A stretch of DNA of 35,959 bases from contig JYFJ02003968.1 in assembly GCA_000934665.2 (NCBI GenBank), positions 1 to 35,959 on the forward strand, written 5' to 3'. Below the pieces are notes generated by a model that had not been told where the DNA came from, ran no database searches, and was given only the letters and a program-made list of their open reading frames with translations. Origin of the DNA: Catajapyx aquilonaris (lineage: Eukaryota). A program made the position numbers and the translations under genes. Shown here in pieces: positions 21,977 through 32,542 of the stretch (position 1 is its first letter; each line of letters opens with the position of its first letter).

Positions 21977-22047
21977 TTCCTCCTCTGGGAAACAAAATCG
22001 TAACTCAAAGGGCCTTTGAGTTACGATTTTGTTTCCCAGAGGAGGAA
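21977..22047. repeat. Perfect palindrome, 35-bp arms, 1-nt spacer
   Basis: ttcctcctctgggaaacaaaatcgtaactcaaagg g cctttgagttacgattttgtttcccagaggaggaa. Confidence 0.95.
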
Positions 22048-22835
22048 GTTGAATAATTAAACCCAAGTTAAACCTTGCTGATCTGCAATATCTACGTGTA
22101 TAACGCAAATGCTGTTGATTTGAATGCAATACGCATGGGTCTGGTTCTATTTCCATGACTGTAATAATATTTTTGAAGTAGGGCCTACTCAAATATTATT
22201 TTCAATATCTTGTTCAGACCCCTCCTTTTCTTATTGCGTCAGCAGCGGACAGATAATCCGACTTAAACGTCCTGTAATAATATTGTATCTCTCACCTCGT
22301 GTAGACTGTACCGGTTGATCACTTCATGACCTTCGTTAGTAGCAAGTATGAAATCAAATGAACACGCTTGTAATAAATAATAATAAATTGAATACAGTGT
22401 GTACAGGACAGCCAGCAAAAAAAATGGCCCTTAGAATTATTGTTAGCGAATCTACGACTTATGATGAATTTAAAATGAGAGAATAATTGAACACAAGTTT
22501 CCATAATTATGCAAGTATTACTTGAATCATTATCCCCCTATAATAATAGCCTGATTTTTTCGCCTCTGGAACGCTCCTGAAGGTCAGAAGGGCCCATGGT
22601 GAGTGCTGCCACCTTTTGGTCATGGCACTAATTAATCAGGCCGGGGGAAGGAGTTACTTTAGAGGGGGCTTAACGTCGGCCTATTTCTGCCGCTAGGCTC
22701 AACACCGACGCCAGGGGGTGGTCTTCCTCCTGGATATTTTGCCACTCTGGGTTATATCTTTAACATGCACTCGCGCAATGTCACAAGCACACGGGACCGA
22801 CGGCTTTACTTCTGTGGAGTGGCTGGGGTCGCCTG

Positions 22836-22962
22836 CCTTACCGCCAATTTCTATTACCGCCAAAACTCCTGAGCGCCAATTTTCTTTACCGCCATAAGCC
22901 CTTACCGCCACTTTCCCTTCCCGCCAAAAGTCCTAACCGCCACCTATTTCCTTTCCCGCCAA
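22836..22962. repeat. Tandem array with 16-bp period and CGCCA core, 8 units
   Basis: CGCCA starts at 22842, 22858, 22874, 22890, 22906, 22922, 22938 and 22957. Confidence 0.85.
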
Positions 22963-23334
22963 TACAGGTCTCAGAGTAAGAACCTGTGCTTTACGTGTAT
23001 GTTCCTGGGCTTGGCTCAATTTTGACATTTTTGTGGGTTGACCCATTATTGCACAACACTGTCCAATTATCCCTCCACTTTCAATCACTTCTGTGTAAGT
23101 TGACTGACACCACGTTCAACATATGTACCAGACACTACACACGGGTTTGCTGCTATAAATTAATAAATAAATAACATGTTTTGATAATCTACGTAACATG
23201 TAAGGCAAAGTTTCTTCGTTTTTTTTTGTTTGCCCATGGCAACAGCATTTGTTGGTGATTACCATGAAAACAGGCTGTGCGAAGAACGGGCTCCTCTGCT
23301 GATACTATATAGATAAAGTCCAGAATAAGCTTAT

Positions 23335-23600
23335 ATAGTTTCCTTTTCCTTGCTTCTCTGTAAATGACCCGAAATGACCGAATTGACTAGACCTATTAAT
23401 TTAATTTTGTTTGTCACTCTCATTCTCTCACACTGCAATAGGTCACAAAAGATGTTCCATTGACCCACATCAGTGTTCTCCCTCACATTAAAAGTGCATA
23501 TCCAGGATGACTTGTCTCGTGTTCCACAAATAACTACTTTTTTACTGTATTATAGCATTTGCAATTGTTGGTGTTCTCTTTGTTGCAGTTGCCAGGAGAA
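23335..23600 (+). repeat. Upstream non-coding module, copy E (5' of K5)
   Basis: Colinear with the reverse complement of about 15590-15860, e.g. ctagacctattaatttaatt..gtcactctcatt..ggtcacaaaaga.gttccattgacc..gttgcagttgccaggagaa. Confidence 0.8.
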
Positions 23601-24518
23601 AAAATAATAACATAACAGTTTTTGCCTATCTGCACTATTGGTGCTGTCAGCTTAGCTGTTATAGGTGCGGAAAGAAGCATATATGAGCAGGGAAGAAGCA
23701 TATGAGAAGGGAAGAAGTTTAGTTAGAACTTGAAAATCTACAAGTTCGACGTATATCACGCAAGTGCTGCTTGACTGTGAGTTGAATCCAATACAAGTAT
23801 TGGTTTTGCTATATTACCGTGAATCCTGTGATATAGTGTTTTTGTAACAAAGCCAAAATTTCGTATCATTTGTATGAGAGCTTTAGTATTTAAATGTACT
23901 TTGTTTAACTGATTGTCCCATCATTCACATCATGTACTGCTGATTCTAATAAATAAATAAAATTATTTATTTCTGCATGTAAATAAAGATAACATAACAC
24001 TTTTTCAAAAATCGGACGCTTATGATGTGAAGGATCAGGAAGTGAGTTGAGAGTATAAGAGCACAAAATTAAAAAGAAAATCTCCGATTATGCAGATTAG
24101 GTATTTTTAATACCTATACATTTTCTTTTATTCAACTTTGTGTTCCTGAGACATTCCAGCCAGAACTTTTTCTTATTATCTTGTGGGTGATTCCAGTTTC
24201 ATTCAGAAATGATATTCTGTCAATTTTCGTATAGTATACATAGTCGTATAGTATTATTTCCTCATTGGTCATCAGTGCGAAATTTCCCAATTCATATTAT
24301 AGCAATACTATTTTCTTCTCGAAATATCGCAAGGAACGTTATCCAGAGAAGAAGTTCGCGCCACTGCTGGCAACACCCTGTATAATAACAGCCCAAACAA
24401 TATTGTCTCCTTGTGTCTTTGGCAGATTGGAGGCCGGAGTCAGCATCAGTGACATCAAAAGACAGACATCACTGTATACAGAAGGCCGGAACTGTGTTGT
24501 ACAGTATAGCCAGCGAAC

Positions 24519-26654
24519 ATGCCAACGCAGCCCAAGGTATTTGTTCCAGATTTTCTGCATTAACAATATGGGTGTCTTAGGTTCGGTCAAGCCAATACAC
24601 GTAATGTGTGTATTCATGTTTTATGGTGATAAGAACTTTGCATATTTCCTTACAGAACTTCAGAAGTGGATTGTCCATTGGACAAGTAATCAGAGCTAAT
24701 GGCTCAATCGACTACACCTTGGAGGCCCGCTTGGGAGCAGGCCGATTTGGGGAGGTGTTTACGTGCTTGATGAAAGATGCTGACCAACTGGATGAGAGTG
24801 TACCTCACAAGGTGGCAGTGGTCAAGATACAGAATAACCAGAGGTACTGGTTGCGTGAGAGAGACACCATGTCGTACCTGGGGATGCCAATCCATGATGG
24901 GAGAAGTGAGTACAGCAGGAGGAGCGAAGAGGACAAGCACAACATTGTCAAGTTGCTGGGCTGGTTTCACTTTAGTGATGTATATGGCTTGGTGATGGAG
25001 CACATGGATGGAGATCTCTGGAGACTCCTCTGCAGCCAGCCAAGCCAAAGGTTCCCACTTGAAATTGTCTCAAGTGTGGCCATGCAACTCCTGACGGCTC
25101 TCGATTGGCTGAAGGTATATAATGCATTGGGCAGATGATGGGGTTTTTCAATGCGCTTATGACACTGGATTGAGAGTTTTACTTGCTGGGTACTTCGCAT
25201 GTTGTTAAGTCCATAATATTCCCGATTTTTGTTTAATCAGACAAAAGAGGTGATCCACGCTGACCTTAAGCACGACAACGTCCTCTTTAATCTGAGAAAA
25301 AATAAAGTGCTGAGAGTGAAGCTCGCTGATTTCGGATGGGCGTTTACACGCCAGAATGTACCTGAGTATGTTGGGCGAGAAATTCAGGCCAAACCCTTCA
25401 GGGCTCCTGAGATTCACTTGGGTAAATAGGGATATTTTTCATGATTACGTATTTCGTAAAGACGTACAGAGATGTTTCTAAAATCAGACAGGTCTAATAA
25501 GCACAATGGCACTTATTTTTGTCGTCAGGTGCACCCTTCACAGAAGCCATCGACATGTGGTCCCTAGGCATCATGTGTGGCATGATGGTGTATGGAATGG
25601 ACTGCAGCCTTTTCACATTCTACAACACTCTTGATTCACTTCAGGTTTGGTCATGGATGTATGGGGAAATTCCCAGCAAGGTCCTGAATGCGGGGATGCA
25701 CACTGAAAAGTATTACGAGAAGATTGCTGATGGGGAATTCATCTTCAAGGTACGCCACAAATGATAAATACTTCGTTTTAAATATTCCAGATAGTTGGGA
25801 TTACAGTCGGTCATTGTCATAACAACTGAGGAGGATCTCTTCTTGCATAATACTCCCAGGGTCGTATGAGGCCCATACACAAAAAATGTGCTAACTTATT
25901 CAAGGAATAGTAATTTTTGATAATTTTATTTGTGTGATTATATTAATGTAATGATATTTTGTTTTTTCAGAATGAGTTTAATAATCGCCCTTCCAAGAAT
26001 CGTTTCATATCCATCCTTAATGATCTGAACCATGCCTTGCCAGTCGCAGGCGATGATTTTGGCGATTTCCTCTCCAGATGCCTGGACGTTAATCCGGTAA
26101 GTTCACAAATTATCGTGAACCTATATGTGTTGAACAATGATCATTGTGAGATTACTAATCTTTATAAAGATATTTTAGTATAGAAAGTGATTAAGAGTGG
26201 AAATGATAAAGGCTGTAAGTGCTAAAATTTTGAAGGTGAGAAGAAAGAAGCCATATATATCCATCTCTGAGACTTTTCTGAATAAATTACAGTAATTTGC
26301 ATGAACACTTAGTTATGTAACTTGTATGTCAATGATTGAAATTTTTCCTAAGATCAACAAGATATTCATAATGTCTTTCTTTTGCAGGAGGAGCGGCTGA
26401 AGCCAAATCAGGGCCTCAAGATGGCTTTTGTGAAGATGTTTCGCAGCAAGATGCCCAGGAGAATCCAAAGTGTGTCGAATAAGAGTGGGCGATTGTCCCT
26501 ATTTTCACCCAGGAGTACGGACTACGGAGTGAGAAGAACTGCTAACGAAGCCGCTAAGCTGCGTGTTTCCACAGTCACGATATGTGACGGAATGTCGACA
26601 GAGGTGCTGGATACAAGTAGTTATACCTGCTGCACATCAGCAGGGAACTACTAA
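24519..26654 (+). CDS. K5: HIPK/DYRK-like Ser/Thr kinase, about 423 aa, intact
   Basis: Exons 24519-24536 (MPTQPK), 24656-25114, 25241-25421, 25529-25749, 25971-26096, 26388-26654, all GT-AG. Motifs GAGRFG, AVVK, HADLKHDN, DFG, IQAKPFRAPE, GAPFTEAIDMWSLG. S/T/R-rich tail. Confidence 0.9.
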
Positions 26655-27246
26655 TCCAAACACGCAAGTATTACGTTAATAATGCTGCACCAGTATCACT
26701 GGATGTGGAATTTTACATATCATTGTTGCTACTGGCTACATAGGCCATATCATATCTGCTGTTTGTGAAAATCATTCTCTAGAAGTACTTTAGGTTGTTC
26801 AGTATTCAATTTGATCAGATCATATTCATACAATTGTGAAGCAGGCACTGCTGGACAGTGTGAGAATGTCTTGCGCTGTGAGACACTGTGTTGAAAAAAT
26901 GTGTTAATGTGTTAATATTTTAAGCATTAAACTTAATTAATGGTGAGTTTATAATACTTGTTGCATATTCTCCACAATGCCAGTTTGCTTCTCCTATTAT
27001 TATCAATAGGAAAAGATCATAAACTGGCATCTTTGATTTTAAGAGAACCTCTCTTACACTAAATAGTATTGCTTAAAATCTATTGTTTGTCGAGGCCTTA
27101 TTCAGTAATGCACATGCATATGTATTGTTACCACATGCAGCATGTTAATGTTCACCTGCATCGGTCCTGGGTGCATGACCTTTTTAAGCATTTTCTGCAC
27201 AGCATAATAAAAATGAGATGTTGTGCCATATTAAGTCCTTAATATG

Positions 27247-27312
27247 GCTGTCTTTTTGCCGGAGAAAATAATATACTCCTGAGTATATTATTTTCTCCGG
27301 CAAAAAGACAGC
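27247..27312. repeat. Perfect palindrome, 32-bp arms, 2-nt spacer
   Basis: gctgtctttttgccggagaaaataatatactc ct gagtatattattttctccggcaaaaagacagc. Confidence 0.95.
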
Positions 27313-28733
27313 ACAATCCATGTGGAATTTCCAAGTTCACCGGATTTCTACATTATAGGAGGCCAGGAACAAAATATGTATTCATCATAATAATTATGTA
27401 ATCGCTGTAAAAAAATGGACCCCTGCATTATAATTCAATAAATATTACTGGCTCCTCAATATTGCTTTCGATATGTTTAATAACTATAGTATAATGGCCT
27501 TCTTGGCTGGTACTATACTGGCAACCATCTGGTCCAACGGCTGGCCGCATCTCCTCCTTCATCACTGGGACTATTCGAAAGCTGTGGGTTAAATGGGGAT
27601 CTCTCATGGGCTGGTGTGGTATATGGTCATATGGGGGCTCCCACATATGCCGCAGTCATTATAGACCGCGACACCATCGAAATAGATCCGTCAACATCCC
27701 AATGGAATAACACAATATAATGGTTCAAAAATCAGTTTTAATTCACATTCCTCAATGACATCATCATGATAACTTATTTCCATTTTGAATAAATTTCGCA
27801 TGCAAAGCATTTGATTCTGCAACTTAAATCTCAGGGGTTATTCTATACATGTATGTGGGTGTACAATAATGTCCTTAAATGGTGGAGCACATTAGAGTGC
27901 AACCACACAAAAATGCACTCTTATGGAACTATGTGTATACAAAATATATCAGTCGATTATACAGTATTGAGCAACCCGGATCACAACAGCCTATATAAAC
28001 AACCATGACAGCCAACTAACTTGTTGCTACAGCATGTATAAAGTTGGAATCTCAAAATGTAACACACCTTTAGGATTGTACTGTATACTTGTATTTTGTC
28101 ATCGTGTAATGCAAATGGGGGGGAGCGAAAAACTCACCCTTGGATTGTACTGTGTATGAGCACCAACATCAGTTGACAATATAGCACAATCAATGTCAGT
28201 TTTTCTTTTTAAATTGATCGGCCACTAAACAGACCTAATTTCTGCGTGATGTATAGTCAAAATGTAGAAATCTTCATATTTGTCTCTTTTCAGGAACTAT
28301 ACCTATGTACTACACACGTCATGTGACTAGTTAATCAAGTAATATTGTGTGAATATTTGTCAATATTACTGCTTTTCCGAAAGTTAATCAACATGCTCCA
28401 TGAGACTTTGAGAGGATAATGTGGTGTCACATGATTTGTTGACGTCACGTCAACTCTCCTTTTGTCATCAATGTGCAGGTACAATAGTAGCATCCACATT
28501 TTGTCATCACAAAATTTGACTTTAACGAAATTACGAGCTCGGTTATGTAATGGAACTACTCGTATACCGGTATATTACAAGTTCAAGCAATAAACATCGC
28601 AAAAGACACATTTAAAAAGCAAATTCCATCCTAAAACATAGCATGCGCCAGTGAAACACTGCGCCATCAGACATAATAAACCGTGGAACTTTCATTCTTT
28701 CTTCCTCAGCAGTCCTCACACACCTGTAGGCTT

Positions 28734-30760
28734 CTAGAAATTACCTTGCACAAAATCCAGCTGGAGGGCAGCAGTTGGGGTCAGACGCTCTGCCTGAAAA
28801 GAGAATTACAGTTAATATACAAAAAATATTTTAAAAGGACGCACATTTAGCCCCCAAAAGGACTGCGTAAAAATATAAAGAAATGGCTTACAGGATCCAT
28901 TTTGAGGCAACCAAAGAATAGCTCGGAGAATGGCTTGTCTGTGAGATCTGACTGCTTGAAGATCTTGACCTGGTACAGAGCAGCACTTACATCCCAGACG
29001 TGCGCTGCATGATCCTGAAAAGAAAGACACACAAAATATATCATCGTGCCTTTCTTCCATCAGAGAAAAATTCCACATTTAATTATTGATATATTTTTTG
29101 ATATTTAAAAAAATATCATCACAAAAAAGAAAATAATTCGACACGCGCTTAGAACAAAAATGGCAAAATAATGCATGTTACAGCACACCCACCTTGAGCT
29201 GGTAGACTCCGTTGGCATCCTTATGGTAGTATTCTAAGGTATGGCGACCTGAGTCGAGGACTGACGCGGGGATGTTCCCACACAGCCTGGTCCAGGTGTG
29301 GAGGGTGACCAATGGGTGTTGGGGGGAGAACAGGCGAGCGTCGTACCCAAAGTACATGGAGCCACACATCATGCCCAGGGACCACATGTCTATCCCCTCG
29401 TCAAAAGGAGCACCTGCAAAATAAAGCATGTGATGGTGAATATTATGAAATATTTTACATCGAAATTTAGGACATGGTGCAGTTGAAAAAATGGTCATTT
29501 TTGGAAAGTCATTGTATCGCTAAATTGATTTGAAAACTATTATTAGAAAGCAATAACCTAATGCAATTAGTATCGTAATTAGTCTGCACACAATTGATAC
29601 AATCCCGCACCACACAGTGCACACAACCTACCAGCATAAATCTCAGGGGCTCTGTTGGGAAGTGATTGCATCTCGACGCCTTGGTAGTTGCTCATTTCAG
29701 AGGTGAAAAATGTCCATCCAAAATCAGCCACCTTGATCCTCCACGTTGGATGCATGGGATCCACCAGAATGTTGTCTAACTTCAGGTCTGCGTGGATCAT
29801 GCCTCGTTCCTTTTTTTATATTAAAAAAAAGCATTGGAAAAATGATTCATAGTGAAATAGTGCCACGGCAAATGAGAAATGAGTAGACAAAATTTTATTT
29901 GGACATCATGTAGCAGGAGACGAGACTCACCTTCATGTGCCTGAGAGCAGTGAGGATCTGCTTGGCGATGCAGGATATCTGTGGGAAGGGGAACTGCTTG
30001 TAGGGCTGGCACTCGAGGAGTTTCTCCAGGTTCATGGGCATGGACTCCAGGAGCATGCAGTAGAGGTCTCCGTGGCAGAAGGTGTCCAGTAGCTTCACCA
30101 AGTTGTGCTTCTCCGCAATATCTTCTTCGGTATTGTCTCCACTCGATGAGGCGTCTTGGCTGCTGCTGGACCCCCCACCCATCATCATGTTCTCTAGCAC
30201 TTTTTCCGAGGTTTGCAGGTAAAGCATGGCCCTGCTCTCATGCACGCACATCTCCTTGTCCTTCTGCACCTTCAGCACCGCCAGGGTGTCACAATCCACT
30301 CCCTTTTCGACTATCTTCATGCAGCGGTAAGCGACTCCGAATGTCCCCGACCCCAGCTCTGCAATCAGGGAGAAAGTTTCTCCTTTGGAAGTCCGGACAT
30401 CATCTCCGATCCGGAGCGCACTCTTCCAGTTCTGCAATTAGTACAGCAGGAAAAAAAGGACCCATTTTTAGTCATCATATTTCGGTCTATTATGTTCACT
30501 ACACTATCGCATAATAACAGTGGACACAACTGTGGTGTATATGAGAAATAAAGTGCAAAAAATAGTGCAGCCAACTTTCTTCGATCAGAATTTAATATAA
30601 CTTACTATATAGTAGACCTATTTGCACTTTAAGAGACATGCTTTAATTACGGCATCCACCGCAATAATTACGAAGCAATGCTGTGATTATTCGCAAACGC
30701 ACACACACTCTTTCTCATCAAATAACTAACCTTTTCGCCGTTCTTCGTCGACGCCGCCAT
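28734..30760 (-). CDS. K6: HIPK/DYRK-like Ser/Thr kinase, about 370 aa, intact
   Basis: Exons 30760-30731 (MAASTKNGEK|gttagt, compare MAAGK|gttagt in K7), 30431-29931, 29809-29632, 29413-29193, 29014-28892, 28793-28734. Motifs GSGTFG, AVLK, HADLKLDN, DFG, MQSLPNRAPE, GAPFDEGIDMWSLG. The start codon is less certain. Confidence 0.87.
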
Positions 30761-31286
30761 GCTGTCGCCTTCTCTCTTCGTGTGTTCACCTGGAGATAAC
30801 AGGGACGTGGTGTGTCCGGATGACCTGTGTTGACGCCAACCAGAGATGCTGTCGGCGACTGAGAGACCCGATGGATGTCCTCCTTCTGAATAGATGAATG
30901 GCAACCCGTGTGCTTTCGTATGGATAGGATGGGGCGTGGAAGGATATGGGACACACGTCTGGGCCTGACCAGCTCTCCTCCAGCAATAGCAGGACTATCG
31001 GTGATGGACGGAGCTGTTGAGGAAGAGTGACCAAAGTGGTGGCAAAGGTGGCTCCCAGTTGTGGGATTAATATTAGCCTCGAGGGGGTTGGAGGGGTGCA
31101 CGGAGCCTTGAGCCATCCAAGTGCCATCAAGGCTCCGTGGGAGGGGTGAGTCTGGGGAAAGCCCAAAAGTAGCTTGTACCACATTTGTAGCCGCCTTTTC
31201 TCGCAGATTATAATCCTCCAAACTGACCCTTGTCGCCCATCAGATAAGCTCACACCAGCAGGCCCGCCTGTGTGATACACACTCAC

Positions 31287-31358
31287 CCGCCTTTTCTTCC
31301 AGTTTCGAAGGTGCTTAATCCCTTTGTCATATTTTGGTTGACTTTTGGTGTATTTATA
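31287..31358 (-). promoter_or_regulatory. Candidate TATA box and short first exon for K6
   Basis: TATAAATA at 31358-31351, donor GG|GTGAGT after 31287, and a candidate acceptor ttatctccag|g giving an exon start at 30789, just upstream of the K6 ATG. Confidence 0.4.
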
Positions 31359-31962
31359 GTCAGGGGATTAACCACCGCGCCGGTCGCATGAAAATTATAT
31401 ATAAATAGTTGAGCTTAATTACGGCGTTAGTCTGTTATACAGTATAATGCAATGAAAATGTACGGTTATGAATATTCATGCCACATAATAAATGTCGCGA
31501 ATATTTCAGAGCAAAATTAAAACATTTTCTGCGATTCGGATGGTAAGCATGTAGTATAGTCCGAGGTATTAGTTTTGTAAGCGACATGCACTAATAAGAA
31601 ACTTGTTTGTTATTGTTTCATGTTTTCTCTCCGAATCCCCGTTTTTGTCATTCGCGTGCTATTACTCATCTTTTGGAACCAAAATTTTTAGAGCTTAAAT
31701 TAAAACAGATGCATCACAATTGCATGGCTCTATTCTGTCGGATATAGAGATGGTGTTGCAAAAATGTCTAAAACGGTTTTTAAAAGCTGACTGCATGTAT
31801 CCGCGTATGCTTCCCAGCAGATGAAGAGGATTTTCAAATAAAATAAGCGGTCAAAAATATATGTGTTGAACTAGAAGAATGAATAGGAGGACCGTATCCT
31901 CCGCCATTGCCCATTTCACCCCAACCAGTCAAGAGCAGTCTCAGGAAGGGGAGGGTAGCCGC

Positions 31963-32003
31963 AGTGACGTCATCTCTCGGACCCGACACTATGGCGCACT
32001 CAA
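31963..32003 (+). promoter_or_regulatory. Conserved distal element of K7 with a perfect CRE (31965-31972), between the divergent K6 and K7
   Basis: Homologous to 7843-7882 upstream of K1. Confidence 0.55.
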
Positions 32004-32296
32004 TCCTGCTCAAATTAATGCCGTATTTTCTCTTTTTCATAAATTGTTTGGTGGCACATAAATAATAACTTTTTAAAATGCAACTGTTATAATGCTGGAG
32101 CAATTACAGACCCCTTACAATGCTTGATAATATTGGATCCAAGAAGGTAAAATTAATTTTTAATTCCATCAGTGTACTGTACGTTTCAAGTCGGCATTTC
32201 CTAACTGCCTTCCAAAGTGTCATTCCCATTGTCTTTTACAAACTCCTCCCAAAAGCTTCAACAATCCCGACTAAAATGTGACTCAAACCCGCGTGG

Positions 32297-32332
32297 GTGT
32301 CCTTCAAGGTCACATCCAAAATATCCACTTTA
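32297..32332 (+). promoter_or_regulatory. Conserved proximal element of K7 with TCAAGGTCA (NR5A/ERR/GCNF extended half-site, 32304-32312)
   Basis: 34/36 identical to the reverse complement of 6934-6969. Confidence 0.55.
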
Positions 32333-32542
32333 TCTGATTGACCACCCCTCGTCCCCTCTTCCTATGGCCAAACCTGCTTTTTCTTGGTGCAAAGCAGCCG
32401 AGGGAGAAAAGTGAAAGGTTTTCTTGGCAATTACCACAAGCTTTGCAGTTGTCCTTTACCTGCTGCTGTGGTGCCGTGTGAAGAGTGGGGGTGGACATTT
32501 CATATTTCTCTTCAACATCCACCAGTTGCTTCAATTTGGAAG

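Noticed and set aside
22836..22962. CRISPR-like repeat-spacer pattern
   Set aside because: 5-bp core and 11-bp linkers in a eukaryotic context, with no cas genes.
27428..27710. 72-aa ORF and a CGICGSPHMTIYH zinc-knuckle-like peptide in another frame
   Set aside because: Short, bounded by stops, and with no adjoining gag/pol sequence or convincing splice sites.
31283..31330. ATG at 31330 as the K6 start codon
   Set aside because: It reaches TGA after 15 codons whether unspliced or spliced to 30789, and lies only about 20 nt from the TATA box; at most a uORF.
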